Assembly (NCBI GenBank): GCA_013239625.1 | Contig: MU053645.1 | Coordinates: 1,170,274 to 1,234,273, forward strand | Direction: 5' to 3' | DNA from: Lama guanicoe | Taxonomy: Eukaryota | DNA length: 64,000 nt | Shown: one piece after another, positions 1 to 13,784 of the stretch | Layout of the letters: each line of letters starts with the position of its first letter | Position numbering within the stretch: position 1 is the stretch's first letter | Made by a program: the position numbers and the translations under genes | Notes under the pieces: generated by a model | What the model saw: only the letters and a program-made list of their open reading frames with translations | What the model was told of the DNA's origin: nothing | The model's database searches: none

Positions 1-2090
1 ATGGATTAAAGAGCTTTTTTTTTAATTTCAAAATATATAAGTTTTTTTGCCATTTAAAACTGATGTATATCTTTATTATAGTATGGTCAGAGAGTGATTT
101 TTATATAGAGTTTTGGGTATTTTTTGAGGTTTCATTGTTATCTTATATACAGTCAATTTTTAGAAATATTTTATGTGTAATTGAAAAAACATTATATCTA
201 TTATTGTACCTAGAGTTCTAGCTATGTTCATTAGATCAAGTTTTTCTATAATTTTACTAATCTTTTTCTTTCTTGTTCTAGTAATCACTAAGCAAGGTAT
301 GTTAAAATCTTCAAAATAAGAATGTGTCAATGTTTCATTGTATTTCTGCCAAATCTTGCTATATATATTTAAGGTTAGGTTGTTTAAAAAATATATCTTC
401 CTAGTGAGTTTTGCTCTTTATCATTAAAAGATGAACTTCCTCATCACTAAAAATGCCTTTGCCTTAATTGTTTATTCTTGTATCTCCACCACAGTGCCAG
501 CATTCTTTAGTTACTCTGTGCCTCACACCTTTCATTTCTATCCATTTGTTTTCAGCTCTTCTGTGTTATGCTCCACATTTAATCCCTTGTTTTTAGAATA
601 TAGCTAATTAAAAATTTTCATTATGAGCTTCTATGCCCTTAACAGGTGAGTTTGGGTCCTTTACATTAGTTGTGTTTAATTATATACTTCACTTTATTTC
701 TACCATTTTATTTTATTTACCATGCTTTTTCTGTTTCTCCCCCCACTTTCCTTCTTTATATTGAATTTATTAAGTATTTACAATTCCCTTTTGTCAACCT
801 GTACTGGTTTGGCTATAAACATTCTATTTAAATTATTTTGTTGATTATCTTCAAATATTTAACATGCATACTGACTTAAAGTCTAAATTTGATCTATATT
901 TCTATTCGTCCTCCCAGATTATCATACAAGAGACTTAGAAAAACGCAACTGTAATACACTTGCCTGTTACTATGACATATTTATCTATTATTGTTATCAA
1001 GTGTTTAAATCATTCTATAATTTATATTAGATTTCTAGGGCTGCAATAACAAAGTACCATAAACTGAGTGGCTTAAACAACAGAAATTTGCCTCACAATT
1101 CTGGCTGGGCAGTGGTGGCTCGGAAGACACCAGGGAAGGATTTGTGTCCAGGCCTTACTCCTAACTTCTGGTATTTTCTTGGCTATGGCAGCATAACTCC
1201 ATTTTTCACATGGTGAAGTATGTGTGTGCGTGTCTGCATTCAAATTCCCCCTTTTTATAAGGATGCCACTCATATTGTATTAGGGACTCATCCTACTCCA
1301 GTATGACCTCAAGTTAACTAGTCACCTGCAACAAACCTATTTCTAAATATAAGGTCAAACTGCGAGGTACTGGGGCTTATGATTTCAACATATGAAACTG
1401 GAAGGAGGATATAATTCAACCCATATCATGCTTACAATCTGTCATTTAATCATTAATGTTATTGTTGTTTTATATAATCAGTACTTGTTTGGATTTAACC
1501 TGTATTTACCAATTCCACTGTTCACTATTGCTCCATGTATCTCATTCTTTTTGGATTCTGTTTTCTTTTGCCTGGCATACATTTCTTTTAGTTCTTTCAC
1601 TAAGTATCTAAGAGTAGTAAAGTCTTCAGCTAAGCTTGCATTTATTTTGCCCATACTCTGAATATTTACAAGGTATAGAAATTCTAGATAAATAGTTATT
1701 TTCCTTAGCACTGTGAAGATATTCCACTTTTGGCCTCATTTATTTTTGTTGTGAAGCCTGTAGTTGGTGTGTTTGCTGCTTCTTTATAGATAATTTGTCT
1801 TTTGGTGGATTTTTAACATTTTAAAATTTTTCTGTGGGGTTCTCCAATTTCATTATGAGATTACTACATGTAGATTTCATTTTTACTTACACTGCTTGAT
1901 GCTTCCTGAGTTTCTTAAATCTGTATCATATCTTTCATCAGTCTTGAAAAATTATCAGCCATTATCTCTTTAAATATAGCTTCTCCTCCACATTCTCTAA
2001 TTATTCTCTTTAGAATCCCTTTTAGATATATGTTGAATCTTCTCATTTTCATATCTCTTAGCTTCTTACATTTTATCATCTTTGCATTAG
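1..2090 (-). mobile_element. Ancient, highly degraded L1M fragments, interrupted by an MLT1 LTR
   Basis: T-rich plus strand with antisense L1 ORF1/ORF2-like motifs (e.g. aaattatcagccattatctctttaaata, tctatggattaaa-type endonuclease region). Boundaries approximate. Confidence 0.6.
1023..1428 (-). mobile_element. MaLR solo LTR (MLT1A-D-like)
   Basis: Starts tatattag...ctagggctgcaataacaaagtaccataaactgagtggcttaaacaacagaaatt and ends ...caacatatgaa...attcaacccatatca, both characteristic MLT1 termini. Confidence 0.85.
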
Positions 2091-2149
2091 GGATGATTGC
2101 CTTAATCCATTTAACAGTTTACTAATTTGGCTACCCCTGCAGGAATCAC

Positions 2150-2882
2150 ACAGAAATAGCCAATGATCTTTGTGATCACCATCCCCTCCAGCAAGAAACC
2201 TGATCTTCCCTGAAGCAACTTGGGGACATCTTACTGTGGCTAAATGGCTTTCAGTAAAAGTTGCAACATGATACCCACATTGAAAGACCTCTGGGTTGAG
2301 GTTCTTGCTAACAGTAAAAATTCTTTCATGGCACCCCACCTTTCTCAACACATATGCTACAGTAAGTTGCATCAGGATAAAGTGGTGAGTAAAAAGGGTT
2401 CAATGTGGAAGGTAATGGAGTTGCTTCTTCAACATTCACTCAGTCTTTCAGTTGAGTGGGCTTGATCCTACCCCTAGGCTCCAGCAGTGCACCCTGATTA
2501 GTCAGTCAGAGTAATTCTATTCTTTTGCCACATTAATTGGTTTAAGAATGGGTAGAAGAAGTCCACTGTTTTTGTCCAATGGCTAAAGGAGAGATACCAA
2601 TTCTCTCTTTGAAGTGTGAATATGAAAGTAGGTAGCCCCAATTAATGCTGGCAACCATAATGTGATCATGAGAGTACCCAGCCAGGGGATAAAGAACAAA
2701 GCTGATACTAGCAAAAAGGGAGAGTCAAGAGAACAACAGAAAAATAGGACTAGGGGTCTGATGAAACTGCACATCAACACTGTTTCTGAATTTTTGAATC
2801 AGATGAGCCAATACATTTTTTGTTATCCACAAGCTAGTTTGAGTTTTTTCTATTCCTTTAACCAAAAGCATCCTAACTAACA
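2150..2882 (+). mobile_element. Old MaLR LTR (MLT1K/L-like)
   Basis: 3' end gatgagccaatacatttttt...aagctagtttgagttttttct...aaccaaaagcatcctaactaaca; the 5' boundary is uncertain. Confidence 0.6.
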
Positions 2883-3106
2883 GGTTCAGGTATAATCTGA
2901 TACAAAATGTCACTCATTTTGGGGAAAATGATAAATTAATCTAATCCTATTTTCTCATGGACTTGACTTACTGTTTCAGGGCAGTTTTGTCTTTGTTTCT
3001 GATGGACCATTACTGAAAGTTTTCAAATTCCTTTGCCTTTGCTCAACTCCCGGTACAAAGATGTCTTTGAATTTTTTTATTCACTAGGGATTATTGCTAT
3101 TTAAAG

Positions 3107-3302
3107 CAGGAGTTGGAAATTACAGCTCGCTATTTTTGTGCATAAAGTTTTATTGTAACATAGCCATACCCATTCATTTATTTACTATCAATGGCTGTTT
3201 TCACACTGCAATGGTACAGTTAAGTAGTTGTGACAGAGTCTATATGGCCCACAAAGCTAAAATATGCACTATCTGGCCCTTTCCAAAGTTTGCTGCCCCT
3301 TG
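3107..3302 (+). mobile_element. MER58A-like hAT-Charlie non-autonomous DNA transposon
   Basis: caggagttggaaa...ataaagttttattgtaacatagccatacccattc...tatggcccacaaagctaaaata...tatctggcccttt...aagtttgctgccccttg, with degenerate terminal inverted repeats. Confidence 0.85.
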
Positions 3303-3682
3303 ACTTATAATACTGCAGCAAATCATTTTTCCAAAACTAAGACTGCATATACCATGGCACTCAGTATGTGTCTCTTGATCACCTGAACAAGTATTACCCC
3401 TTCCCTGAATTATTTATTTTTAAATTTGGACTTTGTATATTCATTTTGTTTAACATAAACTTTATAGATAAATGATCTAATCTCCTTTTACTAAGTTAAG
3501 CATAGTCTCAGTGACTTCTCTCTAGGACTCTCAGTAACTAGGCTCAATTTATTTAAAAAAAAAACTCACAAATAAAAAAGTCTGCCGTCCCCTTTTGTAC
3601 AAATCCTTTGAACAACACCATAAAGGAAGGAGTCCAATTTTTTCAGGCAGACCCATTTAATATAACTTTTTATATACATTTT

Positions 3683-4034
3683 TGGTATTCACTTATATCC
3701 AATTTTCCTCCCCTTCTGGAAACATGGAATAATGCATTTCTTAGGTCCTCTCTGTCCTCCTTGAAGTTGGACAGGGCCAGGTAATTAGTTCTGTCCAATG
3801 GCCTGTGGAGGGAAGTGCTTTTATGTCACCTTGAGGATGAGGCTGAAACTACCATATCAAAGAAATCTGGATCACTGAGTCACCACATGAAAGTCAAATG
3901 CCCTGAAAAATCACCTCAACTCACAGAGGAAATTTGCAGGAAATGAGAAATAAACTTCTATTGGGTTAAGACACTGCAATTAGGGGTTGTTTGTTATTGC
4001 AGCATAGCCTAGCCTAGCCTAGCTTCACTAAAAC
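3683..4034 (+). mobile_element. MaLR LTR (MLT1I/J-like)
   Basis: Ends tgagaaataaacttctattgggttaagacactg...ggggttgtttgttattgcagcatagcctagc...ctaaaaca. Confidence 0.75.
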
Positions 4035-4853
4035 ACAACTCAACTGAAATAACTCAGTACGCATCTACTTCTGAATATCTACATGTACAAAAAAGATACA
4101 TAATAAGTTTTTTAAAACTTCATTTCAACCAAATTCCATCTTGCCTGTAGTTGCATGCCTTGCAGTATAGAAGTAAAAGACTTCCTGAATTTCAAAAACA
4201 AATGATCTATCCCCACTACTGAAGGTTAACTGACAATCAAGAGTAAGATGGGAGGGGTTACACTTTAAAACTTTTCAAGTAGTGTACTTTGAGCTCATAT
4301 TTAGTGTGTGGGGGTGGGCTGTTAGGAAAACTGATCACAGATTTCTTAAACTGATTTGTGTTTCTTCCACTGGGGAGGAAGAAGTGGAGAAATATCAGGA
4401 GACCTAGATTATGAAATCACTAAAATGGAAGTGACCTTGGAGGGTCAATCAGTCCATTCTTCTTTACCCAAGCCAGGTTTGAGTCTTCCTCAACAGAACA
4501 GTAAAATAATATTGTTAAAAGACTCCTCAGCATTTTCACTGACTAATCATGATATTAAAAATGTCTCAGGGCCCATAATTTGTTTTCCAATAGTGACAAG
4601 CAATTCCATAGCAAAGTTAGACATTGTGTTCTGTCACACTAGTATTGAAAGCTTAGGGAACTGACCCCAAATTTTGTCATTAACCAACTGTTAGGAAGCT
4701 TTTGCCCAAGAAACTGTTTTCATCACTGATCTGGAAAAAATCAAAAGTTGCTCCCAATAAAATTCCTTGAAATAACTATTATCTTACCAAAGGCCTCCTG
4801 CTTCAGCCAATGTCAACATTTCCTCGTCTATTCTCAGTAGATGAAAACAGTTG

Positions 4854-4960
4854 CCCAGAAAAAAAAGAAAAAAGAATGAAAAGAAATGAGGATAATTTAA
4901 GCGAACTCTGGGACAACATGAAGTGCACTAATATTCGCATTATAGGGATCCCAGAAAGCA

Positions 4961-5015
<55 letters not shown>

Positions 5016-5464
5016 GACCTGAGAAAATTTTTGAAGAGATACTAACCAAAAATGTCCCTAACTTAGGAAAGGAAACAGTCACCCAAGTCAAGGAAGTTCA
5101 GAGAGTCCCACACAGGATCAACCCAAAGAGGAATACACCAAGGCACATAGTCATCAAATTGACAAAAATTAAGGATCAGGAGAGAATATTAAAATCAGCA
5201 AGACAAAAGTAACAAATAATACACAAGGGAACTCCCATAAGGTTATCAGCTGATTTTTCAGCAGAAACCCTTCAGGCCAGAAGGAAGTGGCAGGATATAT
5301 TTAAAGTGATGAAAGGGAAAAACTTACAGCCAAGAACACTCTATCCAGCAAGGCTCTCATTCTGATTTGATGGAGAAATCAAAAGCTTCATAGATAAACA
5401 GAAGCTAAAAGAATTCAGCATCTCCAAACCAGCTTTACAACAAATGTTAAAGGAACTTCTCTAG
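4854..5464 (+). pseudogene. L1 ORF1p C-terminal remnant (disrupted)
   Basis: KRMKRNEDNLSELWDNMKCTNIRIIGIPE motif; interrupted by an (AAAG)n expansion and stops; ends ...aaggaacttctcTAG. Confidence 0.9.
4960..5015 (+). repeat. (AAAG)14 microsatellite inside L1 ORF1
   Basis: Perfect tetranucleotide run read directly. Confidence 0.95.
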
Positions 5465-5541
5465 TCCTCAAATTGAGCACAAGAACAAAAAGAAAGAGGG
5501 GAAAAAAACCCTACAAAAACAAACTCAAAACAATAAACAAG

Positions 5542-5872
5542 ATGGCAGTAAGAACACACCTATCAATAATTACCTTAAATGGAAATGGATTAAACACTCC
5601 AACCAAAAGACATAGACTGGCTTAATGGATACAAAAACAAGATATATATATATATATTGTCTACAAAAGACCCACTTCAGAGCTAGAGACACATGCAGGT
5701 TGAAAGTAAGGAGATGGAAAAAGATATTCCATGCAAACGGAAACCAAAAGAAAGCTGGAATAGCAATACTTATATCAGACAAGATAGATTTTAAAATAAA
5801 GACTGTTACAAGAGACAAAGAAGCGCACTACATAATGCTTAAGGGATCAATCCAAGAAGAGGATACAACATT

Positions 5873-5911
<39 letters not shown>

Positions 5912-8900
5912 CCAACATAGGAGCACCTCAATATAGAAGGCATTTTTAACAGACATAAAAGGAGAAATTGACAATAACACAATAATAGTGGGGGACCTTA
6001 ACACCCCACTTACATCAATGGACAGATCATCCAGACAGAAAACCAATAATGAAATACAGGCCCTAAACAACACATTAGACCAGATGGACTCAATTGATAT
6101 CTATAGAGCATTCCATTCGAAAATAACAAAATACACATTCTTCTCAAGTGCACATAGAACATTCTCCAGAATCGACCACATGCTGGCCCACAAAGCTAGT
6201 CTCAGTAAATTTAAGAAAATTGAAATTATACCAAGCATCTTTTCCAACCACAGTGCTATAAGGTTAGAAATCAACTATAAGAAAAAAACTGCAAAAACTG
6301 CAAACATGTGGAGGCTAAACAATATGCTACTAAAAAACCAATGGATCAAAGAGGAAATTAAAAAAAAATTCTTTGAGACAGATGAAAATGAAAACACAAT
6401 GATCCAAAACCTCTGGGATGCTGCAAAAGCAGTTCTCAGAGGGAAGTTTATAGCAACACAAGCCTATCTCAGGAAACAAGAAAAATCTCAAGTGAACAAA
6501 CTAACCTTACATCTAAAGCAGCTAGAGAAAGAAGAACAAACAAACCCTAAGGGTAGTAGAAGAAAAGAAATCATAAAGATTAGAGCAGAAATAAATAGAC
6601 AGTTAAAAAAAAAAAACCCAGAAAAGATTAATGAAAACTAAAAGCTGGTTCTTTGAAAAGATTTGTCAAGACTAAACCAGGAAGAAATAGACAATATGAA
6701 TAGATGAATTACCAGTACTGAAATTGAATCAGAAATTAAAAACCTCCCAACAAACAAAAGTCCAGGACCAGATGACTTCACAGGTGAATTTCACCAAATA
6801 TTTAGAGAAGAGTTAACACCTTTCCTTCTGAAACTGTTCCAAAAAACTGCAGACAAAGAAACACTTCCAAACTCATTCTATGAGGCCATCATCACCCTGA
6901 TACCAAAATCAGACAAGAATATCACAAAAGAAAATTACAGGCCAATATCACTTATGACTATAGATTCAAAAATCCTCAAGAAAATATTAGCAAATTGACT
7001 CCAACAATGCATTAAAAGGATTATACACCATGATCAAGTGGGATTTATCACAGGGATGCAGGAATTTTTCAATATATGCAAATTAATCAATGTGTTACAC
7101 CACATTAACAAATTGAAGAATAAAAACCATATGATAATCTCAACAGATACAGAAAAATCTTTTGATAAAATTCAACATCCATTTATGATCAAAACTCCCC
7201 AGAAAGTGGGCACAGACAGAACATACCTCAACATAATAAAGGCCATATAAGACAAACCCATAGCTAAAATCATACTTAACAGGGAAAATCTGAAAGCATT
7301 TCCTCTAAGATCAGGAACAAGACAAGGATGCCCAGTCTCACAACTTTTATTTAACATAGTTTTGGAAATCTCAGCCACAGCAATCAGAGAAGAAAAACAA
7401 ATAAAAGGAATCCAAATTGGAAACAAAGAAGTAAAACTGTCATGTTTGCAGATGACATACTATACATAGAAAACCCTAAAGAGGTGACCAGAAAGATACT
7501 AGAACTCATCAATGAATTTGGTAAAGTTGTAGGATACAAAATTAATATATAGAAATCAGTTGCATTTCTATATGCTAACAATGAAATAGCAGAAAGGGAA
7601 ATTATACCATTTACCATCACACCAAAAAGAATAAAACACCTAGGAATAAACCTATCCAAGGAAGCAAAATACCTGTATGCCAAAAACTATAAGATACTGA
7701 TGAAGGAAATTGAAGATGACATAAACAAATAGAAAGATATACTGTGTTCTTGGATTGGAAGAATCAGTATTGTCAAAATGGCCATACTGCCCAAGGGAAT
7801 TTACAAATTCAGTGCAGTCCCTAACAAATTACCAATGATATTTTTCACAGAGCTGGAACAAAAAATGTTAAAATTTGTATGGAAACACAAAAGACCCTGA
7901 ACAGCCAAAATAATCTTAAAAAAAGAAGAACAGAGCTGGGGGAATCATGCTTTCTGATTTCAGACTATACTACAAAACTACAGTAATCAAAACAGTATGG
8001 TACTGGCACAAAAACAGACACATAGATCAATGGAACAGGATAGAAAGCCCAGAAATAAACCCACACACTTATGGTCAATTAACCTACGACAAAGGCAAGA
8101 ATATACAATGGAGAAACGACAGTCTCTTCAATAAGTGGTGCTGGGAAAGCTAGACAGCTACCTGTAAAAGACTGAAATTGGAACGTTCTCTAACACCATA
8201 TACAAGAATAAACTCAAAATGGATTAAAGACCTAAATTAAGATGAGATACTGTAAAAGTCCTAGAGGAAAACATAGGCAGAACACTTGCAGACATACATC
8301 ACAGCAATGTATTTTTTGAACCAGCTCCTGGAGTAACGGAAATAATAGCAAAAATAAACAAATGGGATCTAATTAAACTTAAAAGCTTTTGCACAGTTAA
8401 GGATACCATCAACAAAACGAAAAGACAACCTACAGAATGGGAGAAAATATTTGCAAGTGATGCTACTGACAAGGGACTAATTTCCTAAATATACAAACAG
8501 CTCATATACCTTAATATCCAAAAAAAAAAAGCAACCCAATCCAAAAATGGGCAGAAGACCTAAACAAGCAATTCTCCAATGAAGACATACAAATGGCCAA
8601 TAGGCACATGAAAAAATGCTCAGCATTGCTAATTATCAGAGAAATGCAGATCAAAACTACAATGAGATATCACCTCACACCAGCCAGAATGGCCATCATT
8701 GAAAAGTCTACAAATGATAAATGCTGAAGAGGGTGTGGAGAAAAGGGAACCCTCCTACACTGTTGGTGGGAGTATAGCTTGGTGCAGACACTATGGAGGA
8801 CAGTCTGGAGGCTCCTTAAAAAAATAAAAATAGACTTACCATGTGATCCAGCAATCCCACTCCTGGGCATATATCGAGAGGAAAATGAAATTCAAAAAGA

Positions 8901-9155
8901 CAATGCACCCAATGTTCATAGCAGCACTATTTACAATAGCCAAGACATGGAAACAACCCAAATGTCCATCAACAGATGATTGGATAAAGAAGAGGTGGTA
9001 CATATATACAATGGAAGGCTACTCAGCCATAAAAAAAGAATAAAATAATGCCATTTGCAGCAACATGGACAGACCTGAAGATCGTCATTCTACGTGAACT
9101 AGGCCAGAAAGAGAAGGAAAAATGCCATATAATATCATTTACATGTGGAATCTAA
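5542..9155 (+). pseudogene. L1 ORF2p (endonuclease / reverse transcriptase) remnant with frameshifts, stops and an internal deletion
   Basis: Fragments CLQKTHF, KKAGIAILISDKIDFK, GDLNTPL, FSRIDH (EN); GTRQGCP and FADD (RT); [13 protein letters not shown] and FIAALFTIAKTWKQPKCP (C-terminus). Confidence 0.93.
5875..5906 (+). repeat. (TA)16 microsatellite inside L1 ORF2
   Basis: Perfect dinucleotide run; a shorter TA run lies at about 5642-5657. Confidence 0.95.
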
Positions 9156-11234
9156 AAAAATAAAATGAAATAAAATAAGGACACAAATGAACTACTTAGT
9201 ATTTATAACTCAGATGACTGATTTCTTGAATATGTGTAAGCACATTTGACTGTCCTTTATGATTGGATTAAAGTATTCTGTTGATTCTTATTTTTGGTTG
9301 GCTTTATTCCTTTGGTAACTATGTAAGTTTAAAAAGCTAAAGCTCTAATCTGTTCTTAGAAACAATGATCAGCACACACATGTAAACTAAAAAAATGTGC
9401 AATATATTGTATATATGTATTTACATGCAATATAATGTGTATGTGTAGTCAAACTGTAATAATTCTACCTAATAAAACTGAGAAAGGAACAAAAAAAAAA
9501 AAGAAAACAGTTGTCAAAAGGAATTCATAGAAAGGCCCATGAATCAGGTGCTGCTACAAAGGCTAGTAGACTAAAGTCTTACCAACAAAATTTACACAAC
9601 TTGTTATGGGTAGTACAGACCCAGGTTTGGTGGGGTCTTATTGCTGTCAGTGATGCAACAAAATACTAGTAATTTCAATGTTCATTCAGCAAGAATAAAA
9701 AAAAAATCACTAGTCTACTCCCAACCCCTTATTATGTTGACTCTGTATTTTGATATTTTGTCTCCTATTTGATTGCATATTTATTTAAGGGCTAGGGATC
9801 TGCAAAGACCATGGGAGGGAAATATATATCTCAGAGAGGCAGGGAGTAATTTTCCCATTTTTGCTCCCATAGACATATAGGTCTAAAGGACATGCCAGCC
9901 AGCAGAAATGAATCATTTGCAGGGGCCAGCAAGCTTTCATTTAAACACTAGTCTCAACTCTTCGCTTCACTCTTTCTCTCCATTATCTCTCTTTTCCAGC
10001 CTTGGAGGCAAAAATACATTAGTCATCAGTTTATTCCCTGTGGTAAACTTAAGCCCCTCAAACCCTATCAGTCTATTAAGTAAACCCCAATTAAATCGGT
10101 CCTCACTTCACAAAAATGGCAGCCTACCCCAGGGAAAAGTTCGACTGAAAAAAAAAAAAACTGCCAGGGACAATCAAACAGCAGTAACTGAGGGAGGAGG
10201 GAGGAACTTTCAGGGTTATTCTCCCCTTCACTCGTGACCACACGATCACAGGTGAGCCCAGCCTACAGCAGTTGATCACTTATAACTTTAAAAACAATCT
10301 TTCTCGAAACTTACGCCCTTTTTATGGTAAGACTACACACAGCTCATGGCCCAAATAGGTGCAGCCTGTAAATAAACCTACTTAGACATTCAAAGCTGGC
10401 AGGGTGTCCCTCCCTCATCTACCAGTCCCATAGGTCCGTCTAATAGTCGGAACTGGCATGTTTCCTCTGCTCCTCAGAAAATATTTTTCATAGTGAAGTA
10501 CTGAAGTGGAAATTTGAATTTCAGAGATTTTATGACTATGTTTACTCTGGAGATTAATTTGAATACAAACACATCCACATTTACTTTTTCTCCCTCTCCC
10601 AGCATTATCTCCTTCCACCTCGGAAATCCCTATTAGACACAGTTGGAATGCAGAATGTTCACCAAAAACCATTTTGTTTTCTTTTGTTTTTCCACAGGCC
10701 AGGTCAGTGCCCTCAGTCTTGTTTATCTATTGTCCTGCCATTCCCATTTTTGCTTTTCTGAAGACAGAAGTTATCTCAGGGCACTAGGCTCTATCTCATC
10801 TCTCAGCACACAGATAAATCCTTCAAACTGATCTTATTTTACCAAATTCATCTTTTATTTTTTATACATATCTGTATTAATCACATTAGCTTTACTTTTA
10901 TCGGTGAAAGGAGTAGGTAGATGTTAGTTTGACTGTATTCCTTAGATTTCATAACATATTTTGGGAACGGGTTTTTCCTCCTATTTATTAGATGCTACTG
11001 AACGGCTCCTTCTCAACCCCCCTATACATACACACACACAGAGAACTCCAGTGAGGGTCACATGAAGGCAAAATGTAATTAATATCAGCAGCTTTAAGGG
11101 GTATGTGTATATGTGTGCAGGAGGGTTTGAGAAATATTATGAGTTTAGATATCTGATTTTCAACTTAAGCATATGAAACAAAGTTAAAAAGCATAATATA
11201 TACATTTATATGCATATATGTGTGTGTATATATA

Positions 11235-12200
11235 TAAAATATATTGAAGTAAAGTTCACTTTACATTCACAATGTTATACAGCCACCACTCTACTTAGTT
11301 CCAAAATATTTCCATCACTTCCCAAACACAAGCCCTTAGACATTAAGCACTTTATCTCTCATTTCCTCCTTATCTCAGCTGCTGGCAACCACTGATATAA
11401 TTTCTGTCTCTATGGCTTTTTTTGAGCTGGATTTTTCATATAAAAGAATCATACAATATGTGGCCTTCTATGTCTGGTTTCTTTCACTTAGCATAATGTT
11501 TTCAGGATTCATCTACATTAAATGGATCAGTACTTCAATCCTTTTTAATGACTAAACAATATTTCATTGTATGGATATACCTCCACTTGTTTTTCCATTC
11601 ATCCATCTATGGACTTGGGCTTTTTCCTCTTTTTGGTTATTGTGAGTAATGTTGCTATGAACATGCATGTACATATATTTGTTGAAATGTCTCTTTTTTA
11701 TTCTTCTGGATGTATATTGAGCCATATGGTAATTCCACGTTTAATTTTTTTAGGTACTGCCAGAATGTTTTCCACAGTGACTGAACAAATTTACTTTCCT
11801 ACCAGCCATGAATAAGGATTCCAATTTCCCCACATCTTTGCCAATACTTATTATTTTCCTTTTTTTAATATTATAGCCAGCCTAGTGGGTGTGAAATAGC
11901 ACCTCACTGTGGTTTTGATTTGCATTTCTGTAATGACTAATGATGTTGAGCATCTTTGTATGTGCTTGTTGGTGAGTTGTGTTACCTTCTTTGGAGAAAT
12001 TACTAAGCCCTTGGTCCATTTTTGGGTTGTTTATCTTTTTGTTGCTGGGTTGTAAGATTTCCTTATATATTCTGGATACTAAACTGTTATCATGTATATC
12101 TTTCGTGACTATTCTTTTCCATTCTGTACGTTGTCTTTTCTCTTTCTTGATCATGTCCTTTGATGTACAAATTGGTTTAATTTTGATGAAATTAACAAAC
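11235..12200 (-). mobile_element. L1MB-like 3' end fragment
   Basis: Antisense L1 motifs ggtttctttcacttagcataatgttttc and gtggttttgatttgcatttctgtaatgactaatgatgttgagcatc. Confidence 0.88.
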
Positions 12201-13784
12201 ATTTTAAGAATATCATAGTGAAATATTACATGTGCCAAAAAGAGAAGGGTGAGGAGGAATAAAAGAGATACAAATGGAACAGGAGGGTGGGGAGAAAGGA
12301 AAAGGCAATACACACAAAAGAAGGATGGTTAGGAGGCAAATAGGAGGGAAGACACGACAAAGTACAAGTGACAGCAGAAGGGAGAGTAGGGAGTATAAGA
12401 TATAGGAAGTGACCAAGAGTTTGACAGCTGAAGCAAGTTTTGAGGAAGAGAAAGAGGAGTTTATCTTGTTCTAAGGTATTAGATAAACTGCCTTTTCTCC
12501 ATGCTCTGCTTTTTACTTGCTAATCAGCTTTGAAGCCTCAGCAACTTCTGAGCATTGTTAACTAAAACACCAGTTAGTGAATTTGCCACTATTCAAAACT
12601 GCTTCTTTTTAAAACTTCAGAGTGCCTTCTCTGAATGGTAGCATCCCAGTAGTCTATCATGGAAAGGAAAAAAAAAAAAGAAAAACACTTTCTGAGCTAC
12701 CACAGGAGTGTCGAAAGTGACAAGTAACTTGCCCAATGTCACATGGCCAGATGGTAGCTGGGGTTTAAATTTTTTTCTAAATTTTCTGTGCTCCCCTAGA
12801 ACATGTATATCCATTGCATATATTTAATCTGAAAGAGCAGAGAATCCAAAACTTATCACATGCTTTATGATTTGTAAAAATTTTCTGTAGCAGATATTCC
12901 TCCTCAATTAAACTTGGCAGGCTAGTATTAAAATTCATTTGTATTCCCCAAGCACACACCAATCTGGAAAGCAGCCCAAAGTGCTGGAAACCAAAGAGGA
13001 AGTAACTTGGGTTTGAAAATCTGCTGTAGATAATCTATGGAGTGGATAATTGAGGTTGATTGTAACTTTAAGGTCAGTGCTCCCCAATTCCCTGCTCAGA
13101 TGGTAACAATCCCTAATCTCTGTGTTTTACAGCATTTTTTGTGCTTCCTACATCACTCCACCTCTCAGTCACTCCACAATTCAATAGAATGTGCTGTGTA
13201 GAGAGCAAACTGATGCAGTTACTAGTAAATAAATGCTTTGCCATCCATGGATCAAACTTTGATGTTCCTGTTCTAATTTAAAAATTAAGTAAATACGAAT
13301 TAGGTTAATTTCTATTTCTATATTGCCCTCAATTCATTTTCTACTCTGTGGGTCAGTGACCCTTGGCAGAGGAAAAGGTCTTTCCATTACAGTGATAGAG
13401 GCTGGAAAGCAGTGCCATCAAACACAGGGCCCTAGTGCAAAGACTCTAAGAGGGCAAGTGGCTCAGCTGTCCTGTATAAACAAACAAAGGGCAGAGAGAC
13501 AAATATGGTGAGTTAAGTTCAAAGAGTAAATGGACTATAAGACCAAGGTTAACCAAAGACAGCCAATTAGAAAGAAAAAGACCAAAGAAAGGCATAAGCA
13601 ACTGTGTGGTGACATGAATGCCAACAGATGAAAAGGAATAGAAATGTTAAAGTGAATGAGATAAGGGAGTTTATGGATGAAGAAGTCAAAATTAAAAGAA
13701 GCTTTAACTTGGCCAAGATCATCAAGGGTATTTGCAGAGCTGAGAGTGGAGAAAAACACTAATCCAGACAGTTCTTCATCAGTC

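Larger units (their letters stand above)
4854..9502 (+). mobile_element. 5'-truncated LINE-1 (cetartiodactyl/camelid type), about 4.65 kb, inactive, with poly(A) and 11-bp TSD
   Basis: ORF1 and ORF2 remnants, AATAAA near 9471, A-tail 9491-9502, and TSD GAAAACAGTTG at 4843-4853 and 9503-9513. Confidence 0.95.

Noticed and set aside
5988..6641. 217-aa ORF, the longest in the window
   Set aside because: It is a fragment of a disrupted L1 ORF2, not a host gene or an active element.
10670..10697. Strong plus-strand splice-acceptor-like tract (ttttgttttcttttgtttttccacag)
   Set aside because: It is antisense to the host gene with no convincing paired donor or ORF; such tracts are common.
11882..12313. 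143-aa minus-strand ORF with a hydrophobic N-terminus
   Set aside because: It is a chance fusion of a purine-rich low-complexity tract with degraded L1 ORF2 sequence.
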